Assembly (NCBI GenBank): GCA_902570225.1
Contig: CACFXJ010000001.1
Span: 86,780-150,779 of the forward strand
DNA from: an uncultured SAR86 cluster bacterium
GTDB lineage: Bacteria; Pseudomonadota; Gammaproteobacteria; Magnimaribacterales; Magnimaribacteraceae
Direction of reading: 5' to 3'
DNA: 64,000 nucleotides
Of this stretch, positions 42,400 through 51,260 are shown piece by piece. A program made the translations under genes and the position numbers. Numbering within the stretch: position 1 is the first letter of the stretch; each line of letters starts with the position of its first letter. The notes beneath the pieces were generated by a model that saw only the letters and a list, made by a program, of their open reading frames with translations, had not been told where the DNA came from and did no database searches.

Positions 42400-43356
42400 A
42401 TGAAAATCTGTCTCAGTGAGTTTACATATAATTCATTCGAGGAGATATTTCTTAAGAATTTTCACAAAGACCAATTCATCCTTATTGATTCTGAAGCTAA
42501 TATAGTTTCTGGAACAGGAAAACCCGATGTGGCTTTAGTTTCTTATGAACTAATGTTCAAAGCTTTGAATTCTAAAGTTTTTTTTGAAAAATACCTCAAA
42601 TTGATAGACGGCTGCTCTTTTATTCAAGGCTCATGGGCTGGAATTGAGACAGCTCAAGCACAAGAGTTAATCAATCATGCTGAGGTGTTTGCGCATGGTG
42701 GAGGGCTGCATGCAATACCAATTGCTACCTACGTATTTGCTCAGATTTTAAGGTCTGTAAAATCTATAGATGCTCATATAGAGTTACAAAAGAATAAGCA
42801 TTGGAAACAAATGATGTCTGTTGGTGAGCTAACTGACATGTCTATCGGTATAACTGGCTTTGGTGGAATAGGGCAAGAAGTAGCTAGAATTGCTAAAGCT
42901 TTTAGAATGACAGTCTATGCTACTAAAAGGACTCCTGTTTTATCAGATAATCTTGATCGACTATTTAATCCTGGAGAGTTAGATGAGATGTTGCCTTTGT
43001 GTGATTTTGTAGTCAATTGTCTCCCTTCTAATTCTGAAACTCAAAAAATATTTGGTAAAAACCAGTTTGAAAACATGAAACCTACTGCAATGTTTATAAA
43101 TGTGGGAAGAGGAGAGTCTGTAGATGAAGATAGTCTTGCCAATGCTTTATCAAAAGACGAAATATTATGCGCTGCTCTTGATACAACTGATCCTGAGCCT
43201 TTAGATTCTCATTCACCTCTTTGGACGCTAGAGAATTGTTTTATCACACCTCATGATTCTGCATGGGGACCCAAGGCTCCATTAAGGGCAGTAGAGCTTT
43301 TCATCGATAATTTCAAACGCCTACAAGATGGGAAAAAGCTACTCAATCAAGTATAA
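42400..43356 (+). CDS. D-2-hydroxyacid dehydrogenase
   Basis: GFGGIG, NVGRG, LD..DPEPL, ITPH. Confidence 0.88.
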   Translation: MKICLSEFTYNSFEEIFLKNFHKDQFILIDSEANIVSGTGKPDVALVSYELMFKALNSKVFFEKYLKLIDGCSFIQGSWAGIETAQAQELINHAEVFAHGGGLHAIPIATYVFAQILRSVKSIDAHIELQKNKHWKQMMSVGELTDMSIGITGFGGIGQEVARIAKAFRMTVYATKRTPVLSDNLDRLFNPGELDEMLPLCDFVVNCLPSNSETQKIFGKNQFENMKPTAMFINVGRGESVDEDSLANALSKDEILCAALDTTDPEPLDSHSPLWTLENCFITPHDSAWGPKAPLRAVELFIDNFKRLQDGKKLLNQV

Positions 43357-43384
43357 AAAAAGGCCACTAGTTGCGGCCCTTTTT
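43355..43384. terminator. Probable bidirectional terminator
   Basis: A-tract-GGCC...GGCC-T-tract between convergent genes; short stem. Confidence 0.55.
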
Positions 43385-43398
43385 CATTAGATTAAGGT

Positions 43399-44829
43399 TT
43401 AGCTGGTAAAACCTACAACAGCTTTAACTTCTAGGAATTCTTCGAATCCAAATAGACCCCATTCCCTTCCATTGCCAGATTGTTTGTATCCTCCAAAAGG
43501 TGTTGTGAAGTCTGCACCGGCACCATTAATGGCTATACTTCCAGCTCTTATTCTATTGGCAACTTTCTTAGCATGCTCTACGTCACCTGAAGAAACATAC
43601 CCATAAAGCCCATACTCAGTATCATTTGCAATTTCTACAGCCTCCTCTTCATCTTTGTAAGGCAGTATAGAAAGAACAGGACCAAATATTTCCTCTCTAG
43701 CGATAGTCATATCATTATTCACATTCGCAAATACTGTTGGCCTAACAAAGTATCCAGCATTTAAACCTTCTGGTTTTCCTGGACCGCCAGCTACAAGTTC
43801 AGCACCTTCTTCGATACCTTTCTCAATTAGTCCTTGTATCTTGTTGAACTGTACGTCGCTAACTACCGGACCTATGCCAGTATCTTCTGCAAATGGGTCT
43901 CCAACCTTAGTTGCTTCAGCAGCTCTTTTGGCAATTTCTTTAGCTTCGTCATGCCTTGATTCGGGAACAAGCATTCTGGTAGGTGCATTACAGGACTGTC
44001 CGCTATTATTGAAGCAATGTTTTGCTCCACCTGTGATAGCTGACTCAAAGTCTGCATCATCCAATATAATATTTGCAGATTTACCTCCCAGTTCCTGCGC
44101 TACTCTTTTTACTGTGTCTGCAGCCCCCTTTGCAACAGCAATACCTGCTCTGGTAGAGCCTGTAAAAGACATCATATCAATGCGTGGGTGAGAAGACATT
44201 GCCTCACCTACTGTAGGACCATCTCCGTTAACCAGATTGAATACTCCTGCAGGCACGCCCGCTTCATGAAGTATTTCAGCAAAGATCATTGCGTTTAGAG
44301 GAGCCATTTCAGTAGGCTTTAAAACCATAGTGCATCCTGCCGCTATAGCTGGAGCAACTTTGCATGAGATTTGATTTATAGGCCAATTCCAAGGAGTTAT
44401 CATTCCGACGACACCTATTGGCTCTCTTCTTAAGACAGTTTTTCCTCTGGTCTCTTCCCACTCAAAGTTTTGTAAAACTTCAATAGCTTGGGCAAAGTGA
44501 CCAAGACCAGTTGCAGCTTGTGCAGCTTTGGAAAGTGATAGTGGGGCTCCCATTTCTGAAGAAATGGTTTCAGCTATTTCATCATACCTACTCTGATAGA
44601 CCTCAACGATCTTACCAAGGATAGCTAACCTTTCTTCAACTGAAGTTTGGCTAAATGTATCAAAAGCTGTAGATGCTGCCATTACAGCATTATCAACATC
44701 GGCAGCACTTCCCATAGCAATCTGCCCGATAACTTCTTCATTAGCTGGGTTTAAAACATCAAACATGTTTTTTCCTTCTACAGGATCTACCCATTCTCCA
44801 TTTATGTAAAATTGTTCATATATTTTCAT
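43399..44829 (-). CDS. Aldehyde dehydrogenase
   Basis: PWNWP, FTGST, ELGGKS, GQSC, EEIFGP. Confidence 0.95.
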   Translation of the reverse strand: MKIYEQFYINGEWVDPVEGKNMFDVLNPANEEVIGQIAMGSAADVDNAVMAASTAFDTFSQTSVEERLAILGKIVEVYQSRYDEIAETISSEMGAPLSLSKAAQAATGLGHFAQAIEVLQNFEWEETRGKTVLRREPIGVVGMITPWNWPINQISCKVAPAIAAGCTMVLKPTEMAPLNAMIFAEILHEAGVPAGVFNLVNGDGPTVGEAMSSHPRIDMMSFTGSTRAGIAVAKGAADTVKRVAQELGGKSANIILDDADFESAITGGAKHCFNNSGQSCNAPTRMLVPESRHDEAKEIAKRAAEATKVGDPFAEDTGIGPVVSDVQFNKIQGLIEKGIEEGAELVAGGPGKPEGLNAGYFVRPTVFANVNNDMTIAREEIFGPVLSILPYKDEEEAVEIANDTEYGLYGYVSSGDVEHAKKVANRIRAGSIAINGAGADFTTPFGGYKQSGNGREWGLFGFEEFLEVKAVVGFTS

Positions 44830-44899
44830 TTTTACTCTCCGTATATTTGACTCATAAGTATATATTAGGATTTAACAAAGTTAAGCTAAATTTACTTGA

Positions 44900-46438
44900 T
44901 TATCTAGAGATTAGTTTAGCCCTCAGTTGGCTTTGAATTCTCTCAGCCCACAAAGCAATATATTTTCTTGTTTCTCTTGGATCAATTATTTCATGGACAG
45001 AGAAAGCCTCAGCTTTCGGGAATGGATTTTGGTTTTTTGCCATTTTTTCTTCTAGCTCTTTCCTTTTTGCTTCGGGATTTTCTGCAGATGCTATTTCTTT
45101 CTTAAAGGCTACCGCCACACCTCCTTCTAAAGGTAGAGGTCCAGATTCAGCAGAAGGCCAAGCAAGTACGTAACCGTCCGGCCCGTAATGAGCTGCTGCA
45201 GCAACACCAAAAGACTTCCTTATCATGATTGTAGACCAAGGGACAGTAGATTCTGTAGTGGCTAAGACTGCTTGTGTGCCATGAAGGATAGTTCCTGCTT
45301 TTTCGGCATCCGGCCCAATTAAAAAACCTGGCTCGTCAACTAAGCTCACAATTGGTATATTAAAAGTGTCACACAATCTTATGAATCTTGTCGTCTTTTG
45401 AGCTCCCTCAGCTGACATGGATCCCGCATAAAAGTTGGAATCGTTTGCAAAAATTGCTACTGAATAACCATTAATTCTTGCAAAACCAGTGATTATTCCT
45501 CTTCCAAAAAATTGAGTCATTTCAAAGAAAGAGTTTTTATCAAAAACTAAATTTATTATATCTCTCATCTCATATGATCTTTTTCTGTCTTTAGGAATAA
45601 TCCCAATTAGCTCTTCTTCCTTTCTGTCAATGGGGTCTTCGCATGAAATTCTTTCCGATAGCTCATATATGTTCTGCGGAAAGTATGAAAGAAACTTTTT
45701 GATTTGTTCAAAAGCATCTTCTTCTGAAGAAGCCACATTATCTGTTACTCCATTTAGCTTATGAATCTCTGAACCACCCAATTCTTCTTTAGACATCTTC
45801 TTACCGAAAGCCCTTTCTACTACTGCAGGTCCTGCTACTAAGATTTGGGCAGTTTCTTTTGTCATGACTCTGAAATGTGATCCAACAAACCTTGCTGCAG
45901 GCATTCCCGCTACCGGACCTAAAGCAGCAGATGCAACTGGTATCTCCCTTAATGTATCTGCTATAGATTTAAATCTTGATTTAGAGAAGACAGGATCACC
46001 TCCATAACCTCCTGATTTTTTACCAGGTCCGGCAACTGATCCACCGCCACCTTCATGCAATCTTATAAGTGGTACTTTATATTTAAGCGCAAGCTCTTCG
46101 GTATAAACGCTTTTTCTAAGTCCAGCAGAATTTGGAGATCCGCCTTTAACAGTGAAATCTTCTCCTCCAACAACAATATCTCTGTTATTTATTTTTCCAA
46201 AACCCAGAATAAAATTCGCAGGAGTTAAAGATTCTAGCTTTCCTTCTTCATTGACTTCAGAGCCTCCTGCTATTTCACCTTGTTCTTGAAATGATCCTTC
46301 ATCTAAAAGAAGGTCTATTCTCTCTCTTAAAGTGAGTCTTCCTTTTGCATGTTGAAGTTTAATTGCTTCTTTACCGCCTTGGCTCTTAGCAAGCTTTCTT
46401 CGTTTTCTAATTTCTACTGTTTCTTTTTTCCAATTCAT
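44900..46438 (-). CDS. Acyl-CoA carboxylase, carboxyltransferase subunit
   Basis: QHAKGRLT.RERI..L.D, DFTV.GGS, DEPGF..G. Confidence 0.9.
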   Translation of the reverse strand: MNWKKETVEIRKRRKLAKSQGGKEAIKLQHAKGRLTLRERIDLLLDEGSFQEQGEIAGGSEVNEEGKLESLTPANFILGFGKINNRDIVVGGEDFTVKGGSPNSAGLRKSVYTEELALKYKVPLIRLHEGGGGSVAGPGKKSGGYGGDPVFSKSRFKSIADTLREIPVASAALGPVAGMPAARFVGSHFRVMTKETAQILVAGPAVVERAFGKKMSKEELGGSEIHKLNGVTDNVASSEEDAFEQIKKFLSYFPQNIYELSERISCEDPIDRKEEELIGIIPKDRKRSYEMRDIINLVFDKNSFFEMTQFFGRGIITGFARINGYSVAIFANDSNFYAGSMSAEGAQKTTRFIRLCDTFNIPIVSLVDEPGFLIGPDAEKAGTILHGTQAVLATTESTVPWSTIMIRKSFGVAAAAHYGPDGYVLAWPSAESGPLPLEGGVAVAFKKEIASAENPEAKRKELEEKMAKNQNPFPKAEAFSVHEIIDPRETRKYIALWAERIQSQLRAKLISR

Positions 46439-46444
46439 ATTTAC

Positions 46445-46521
46445 TGGTGCCCCGTACAGGATTTGAACCTATGGCCTCTGGATTAGGAATCCAGCGCTCT
46501 ATCCGACTGAGCTAACGGGGC
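46445..46521 (-). tRNA. tRNA-Arg (CCT)
   Basis: Reverse complement GCCCCGTTAGCTCAGTCGGATAGAGC...CTGGA-TTCCTAA-TCCAG...GGTTCAAATCC...GGGGCACCA. Confidence 0.96.
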
Positions 46522-46580
46522 CTTTTCAATTATTTTAACAATAAAACTTGTATTTAAATTTTCTTTGGTTAGAATTTTTG

Positions 46581-46680
46581 AAGCACCGATTTGAACCAGC
46601 TTGCGGGTGCTTTATAAATACTGCTAAATAGTATTCTCTTTTAATAGACCTGTTTAGCGAAAGCTGGCAGGTTTTTTTTT
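46581..46680 (+). promoter_or_regulatory. SAM-II riboswitch with terminator-based expression platform
   Basis: GCACC-GATTTGAACC..TTGCG-GGTGC..TAAAT...GCTAAA matches SAM-II; followed by hairpin ACCTGTT(T)AGC-GAAA-GCTGGCAGGT plus a T-tract; upstream of metY; promoter TTGTAT/TAGAAT at 46548/46570. Confidence 0.85.
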
Positions 46681-46692
46681 AGGAGAAATAAA

Positions 46693-47991
46693 ATGAGTTA
46701 CGAAGGTAAGAACTTAGAAACCATAGCACTACATGCGGGATGGAGGGCAGATGAAACTACAGGATCTGTAGCTGTTCCTATCCATCAAACAACAAGCTAT
46801 TTATTTGAGAGCACTGAAAAAGCTGCAAATCTTTTTGCTCTAGCCGAGCTAGGCAATATTTATACTCGAATAATGAATCCCACAAATGCTGTATTAGAAG
46901 AAAGAATGGCAGCAATAGATGGGGGTGCGGCAGGATTGGCCGTATCATCCGGTCAAACTGCTTCTGCTTATTCTATTCAAAATGTAGCTAGAGCAGGAGA
47001 CAACATAGTATCTTCTTCACATTTATACGGAGGTACTTATAACCAATTTAAAAACAACCTATCTGAAATGGGAATAGAGGTTAGATTTGTGGATCCTACA
47101 GATCCAGAAAACTTTAGAAATGCTACCGATGACAATACTCGAGCTTATTTTGGCGAAACTCTTCCAAACCCTAGACTTCAAGTTTTTCCAATCAAGGAAG
47201 TTTCAGATATTGGAAGATCTTTGGGTATTCCTTTGATAGTTGATAATACTGCTGCACCAATTTTCTGTAGACCTTTTGACCATGGAGCGGCTGTTACAAC
47301 ATACTCCACAACAAAATATATCGGAGGTCATGGAACATCTATTGGAGGTCTTATAATTGACGGAGGAAACTTCGACTGGGAAAAGGCAGGTCCTGAAAGG
47401 CAACCAAATCTCAATACGCCAGATCCTTGTTATAACGGCGTTGTATGGACAGAGGCCATAAAACCAATGGGCCCTATCGCCTATATTATGAAGGCTAGAA
47501 CGACTCTTTTAAGAGATCTCGGAGGCTCTATGAGTCCTTTTAATGCTTGGGCCTTTATCCAAGGACTAGAAACTTTACCACTTAGAATGAGGGAGCATAG
47601 AAATAATGCCCTAAAAGTTGCAGAGTACCTGAAAGATAACAACAAAGTTTCATCAGTCACTTATCCTGGCATTGCTGAAGGACTTGAAAAGGAAAGGGCG
47701 GACACTTATTTATCGGGCGGATATGGGGCATTGATAGGTTTTGAACTTCCCGGAGGAGTTGAGTCTGGACGGAAGTTTATTGATTCGTTAGAACTTCTTT
47801 ATCACGTTGCAAATATCGGGGATTCCAGATCATTGGCTATTCATCCAGCATCTACTACACATAGTCAGTTGTCTTCTGAAGAACAACTTTCAGCTGGAGT
47901 GACTCCTGGATATGTCAGGCTCTCAATAGGTATAGAGAATATTGAAGACATCATTTCTGACATTGATCAAGCCATAAAGAAAGCAAGTTAA
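46693..47991 (+). CDS. metY: O-acetylhomoserine aminocarboxypropyltransferase (sulfhydrylase)
   Basis: GNIYTRIMNPT, STTKYIGGHG PLP-Lys, ANIGD..SL.IHPASTTH; SAM riboswitch upstream. Confidence 0.92.
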   Translation: MSYEGKNLETIALHAGWRADETTGSVAVPIHQTTSYLFESTEKAANLFALAELGNIYTRIMNPTNAVLEERMAAIDGGAAGLAVSSGQTASAYSIQNVARAGDNIVSSSHLYGGTYNQFKNNLSEMGIEVRFVDPTDPENFRNATDDNTRAYFGETLPNPRLQVFPIKEVSDIGRSLGIPLIVDNTAAPIFCRPFDHGAAVTTYSTTKYIGGHGTSIGGLIIDGGNFDWEKAGPERQPNLNTPDPCYNGVVWTEAIKPMGPIAYIMKARTTLLRDLGGSMSPFNAWAFIQGLETLPLRMREHRNNALKVAEYLKDNNKVSSVTYPGIAEGLEKERADTYLSGGYGALIGFELPGGVESGRKFIDSLELLYHVANIGDSRSLAIHPASTTHSQLSSEEQLSAGVTPGYVRLSIGIENIEDIISDIDQAIKKAS

Positions 47992-47996
47992 AAGAA

Positions 47997-48081
47997 TCTT
48001 AACCTCCCGTTAAGACTGCATCTTGCCCATCCTCAAGTAGGATGCATTAAAGGCCAGGCTCCCCGTCTGGCCTTTTCTTTT
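47997..48081 (+). ncRNA. Candidate 3'-UTR RNA of three hairpins with C-rich loops; the last is the terminator
   Basis: TCTTAAC-CTCCC-GTTAAGA; TGCATCTTGC-CCATCCTCAA-GTAGGATGCA; AAAGGCCAGGC-TCCCC-GTCTGGCCTTT plus U-tract. Confidence 0.5.
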
Positions 48082-48592
48082 AAAGTTTTGTTGGGTTATC
48101 TGCCCCCGGATAAACAACTTCTGGGTCAAAGACTTTTTCTGATTCAGTAAAATTCAAAACAACATTGCCTTGCTCTACAGATTCTACAGACCTATAGAAG
48201 CATGATTTATACCCGACATGGCAACTAGCTCCTAATCCATCAATTGAGACCTTAAGCCACACTGAATCTTGATCATCATCTATAAGTATTTCGTCTACTC
48301 TATGAGTCATTCCGCTGGATTCTCCTTTTTTCCAAAGAAGTTCTCTACTTCTGCTCCAATAATGCGCCTCTCTAGTCAAAATAGTTTTATCTAATGCTTC
48401 TTTGTTCATATAACCAAGCATCAGAACCAAATCAGAACTACTTTCAGTAACTATTACAGGTATGATTCCATCAGAATTAAATTTGGGTGCTAAGACATTC
48501 CCTTCTTCTACAAATTCTATAGATGACCTTTCAGCAAAATTTATTGTTTTCACTTTCTTTCCTATTTTTAAGACCATTTTATCAGAACTCAT
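48080..48592 (-). CDS. hisI: Phosphoribosyl-AMP cyclohydrolase
   Basis: VLMLGYMN, YWSRSR..LWKKGESSG, DDDQD, SCHVGY.SCF. Confidence 0.93.
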   Translation of the reverse strand: MSSDKMVLKIGKKVKTINFAERSSIEFVEEGNVLAPKFNSDGIIPVIVTESSSDLVLMLGYMNKEALDKTILTREAHYWSRSRELLWKKGESSGMTHRVDEILIDDDQDSVWLKVSIDGLGASCHVGYKSCFYRSVESVEQGNVVLNFTESEKVFDPEVVYPGADNPTKL

Positions 48593-48656
48593 TTCACTCT
48601 AGTTATTTCCTCTTTCATTCAGTTATATAAAGTTTTTTGGTAAAATACATTCATCA

Positions 48657-49256
48657 ATGCTTCCTAATTTAAAAGTAGAGAACCTTTCTTGTGTTCGATC
48701 AAACAAGGTCGTGTTTGAAAATATAAACTTTGAAGTTTTTCCCGGAGAGAATCTTGAAATTATAGGATCGAATGGATCTGGTAAAACCACCTTGTTAAGA
48801 ACAATCCTCGGCCTTATAAAGCCCGAGAAAGGAATTATAAATTGGCTGGATGAAAACGATAAATTTAATGATTTCAGAACTTTTGAATGTTTTTATCAAG
48901 GCCATCAGCTAGGCATAAAGAACTTATTAACTGTTTATGAAAACCTAAAGTTAACTCATGGCGCTAAAGGAATGGACGAAAATAAAATATATGAATGTTT
49001 AGAGCGAGTGGGACTTATGCGCATCAATGAACTTGCTTCTAATCTTTCAGTAGGACAAAGGAAGAGAATTTCAATAGCTAGGTGGCTAGTTAAAAATTTT
49101 AAGATTTATTTTATCGACGAACCATTTTCTACGCTTGATGACGAAGCAACTTCTATGATTGAGCATTTAATCCAAGAACTCAACTCGAAAGGCTGTTCCT
49201 TTGTCATAACTGGTCACAGACCTTCCCAAGTCAAAGCAAATCGCATAAGTATATAA
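48657..49256 (+). CDS. ccmA: Heme ABC exporter ATPase
   Basis: GSNGSGKTT, LSVGQRKR, DEPF; first gene of the ccm operon. Confidence 0.9.
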   Translation: MLPNLKVENLSCVRSNKVVFENINFEVFPGENLEIIGSNGSGKTTLLRTILGLIKPEKGIINWLDENDKFNDFRTFECFYQGHQLGIKNLLTVYENLKLTHGAKGMDENKIYECLERVGLMRINELASNLSVGQRKRISIARWLVKNFKIYFIDEPFSTLDDEATSMIEHLIQELNSKGCSFVITGHRPSQVKANRISI

Positions 49257-49257
49257 A

Positions 49258-49932
49258 ATGCACGGTTCAATATCTGGTTGGTTAACTATAATTCTAAAGA
49301 GAGATCTATTGATAGCTTTCAGAAAGTCCTCTACCTATATAACTCCATTAGTTTTTTTCTTAATAGTTGTAACTTTTTTTCCTCTAGCTCTAGGACCTCA
49401 AGAAAGTTTACTAAGCTCTTTAGCTCCTGGAGTTATTTGGATAGCAGCCTTATTAGCTTCTCTTTTAGCAGTCGAAACTATTTTTAGTGATGATTTTAGG
49501 GATGGAACTCTAGATGAATTTTTCATCTCTTTAGAGCCTTCATTTATATTAGTATTCGCCAAAGTTTTAATCCACTGGCTTATAACTGGTCTACCCATCC
49601 TCTTTGCATCTTTGATCGCAGCAATAGTTTTGTATCTCCCTTTTGAAAGTTTTATTCCAATGCTATTAAGTCTTATTTTGGGTACATCTTTCATGAGTCT
49701 ATTAGGTGCTTTGGGTGCAGCGCTATCATTGGGCCGGTCAGCAATTTTAAGTGCAATAATAGTCTTACCTTTCTCCATACCTACGTTATTAATGGGGACT
49801 TCGGTTATTTCCTCATCTATTACTAATCAAGATTTCTCAGGTTTTCTGATGATTATGGGAGCGATGCTTGCAATTGGGATTCCTCTATTATGTTTACTAA
49901 CAGTTGAAGCCTTACTTTTAAATTATGAATAA
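49258..49932 (+). CDS. ccmB: Heme exporter permease
   Basis: PGVIW.AALLA.LL, F.DDFRDGTL. Confidence 0.93.
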   Translation: MHGSISGWLTIILKRDLLIAFRKSSTYITPLVFFLIVVTFFPLALGPQESLLSSLAPGVIWIAALLASLLAVETIFSDDFRDGTLDEFFISLEPSFILVFAKVLIHWLITGLPILFASLIAAIVLYLPFESFIPMLLSLILGTSFMSLLGALGAALSLGRSAILSAIIVLPFSIPTLLMGTSVISSSITNQDFSGFLMIMGAMLAIGIPLLCLLTVEALLLNYE

Positions 49933-50689
49933 ATTATGGAATAAATTAAAAAGATGGTTTATTGAAATGGGGTCACCTCCTTTATTTTATAACTGGTCGT
50001 CTAAAATTATTCCTTGGTTAGGCCTGTTAACACTACTCGTATTATTAATAGGTTTATATTGGGGCTTATTTGTTTCTCCGATGGACTATAAACAAGGCGA
50101 TGTTTACAGAATTATTTATATTCATGTTCCATCAGCGATCCTAGGAGAGTCTATCTTCATTTTTATGGCTATATGTGGATTCATAAATGTAATCTGGAGA
50201 GCAAAAATATCAGGAATGATGTTGAAGGCCGCTGCACCCATAGGCATGAGTTTTACACTTTTAGTTTTAGTGACCGGATCTGTTTGGGGAAAACCTACTT
50301 GGGGTACTTGGTGGGTTTGGGATGCGCGCCTCACTTCAACGCTTATCTTATTTTTTATCTATGCAGCACTAATTGGTTTGCATTCCACTATCGAAGATAA
50401 AACAAAAGCTGATAGAGCTGTTTCTATTTTATCCATTGTTGGAGTTGCCATAATACCTGTCATAAAAAAATCTGTAGATTGGTGGCAAACTCTCCATCAA
50501 CCATCAACATTTACTATTACTTCATCCCCTAGTATGTCACCTGATATGTACATACCTCTGTTAGTTTGTTTGATAGGTTTTTATTTATTTTTTGCTTATA
50601 TGCTGACTTTAAATCTTAGAAATGTAGTCATCGAAAGGGAGATTTCTAAGAACTGGGTAAAGCATGTTGTGGATCAGGAGTCTAAATGA
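49925..50689 (+). CDS. ccmC: Heme exporter / heme-handling protein
   Basis: YIHVP, WGKPTWGTWWVWDARLT (WWD domain), TLHQ. Confidence 0.96.
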   Translation: MNKLWNKLKRWFIEMGSPPLFYNWSSKIIPWLGLLTLLVLLIGLYWGLFVSPMDYKQGDVYRIIYIHVPSAILGESIFIFMAICGFINVIWRAKISGMMLKAAAPIGMSFTLLVLVTGSVWGKPTWGTWWVWDARLTSTLILFFIYAALIGLHSTIEDKTKADRAVSILSIVGVAIIPVIKKSVDWWQTLHQPSTFTITSSPSMSPDMYIPLLVCLIGFYLFFAYMLTLNLRNVVIEREISKNWVKHVVDQESK

Positions 50690-50838
50690 CTGAGATATTA
50701 AAAAATATAATTTTAATGGATGGTAATGGACTCTTTGTCTGGTTTTGTGTGATTTTCCTTTTACTTATTCTAGCTTTGAATATTTTTTTTGCTCATAGAA
50801 GAAAAAGTAAAATTTTCAGATCTTTAAAGAATATATGA
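50686..50838 (+). CDS. ccmD: Heme exporter protein D (50 aa; not in ORF track)
   Basis: MTEILKNIILMDGNGLFVWFCV...RRKSK; M.G.G.FVW motif, one TM helix; overlaps ccmC and ccmE by ATGA. Confidence 0.8.
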   Translation: MTEILKNIILMDGNGLFVWFCVIFLLLILALNIFFAHRRKSKIFRSLKNI

Positions 50839-51260
50839 ACCCTATAAGAAAACAAAGATTGTATGCTTTGATAACTATTTTGATTGGTTCTTTACTTGCC
50901 ACTTGGCTAGTTGTATCTGCTCTATCCGAAAATATGAATTTATTCTATTCTCCAACCGAAATTAAAGAAGCTAATTTAGATCAAGGTACCCTTATTAGGG
51001 CTGGAGGTATGGTTAAAGCAGGTTCAATTATTAAAAGTAAAGATTCTTTAGATGTAAGTTTCACAGTTACAGATTATCAAAATGATTTACTGATTAAATA
51101 TGAAGGAATTCTGCCCGATCTATTTGCCGAGAATGCCGGAGTAGTAGTAAGGGGTAACCTAACACCAGAGGGAGATTTCCTTGCTATTGAAGTTCTAGCT
51201 AAACATGACGAGAACTATATGCCTCCAGAAGTTGCAAAGTTATTAGACTCTAAAGAATGA
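50835..51260 (+). CDS. ccmE: Cytochrome c maturation heme chaperone
   Basis: YEGILPDLF, LAKHDENY. Confidence 0.96.
   Translation: MNPIRKQRLYALITILIGSLLATWLVVSALSENMNLFYSPTEIKEANLDQGTLIRAGGMVKAGSIIKSKDSLDVSFTVTDYQNDLLIKYEGILPDLFAENAGVVVRGNLTPEGDFLAIEVLAKHDENYMPPEVAKLLDSKE

Noticed and set aside
47997-48081. CsrB/RsmZ-like RNA on the minus strand (GGA-containing loops)
   Set aside because: G-U pairs work only on the plus strand (they become A-C mismatches on minus), and no csrA is seen in the window.
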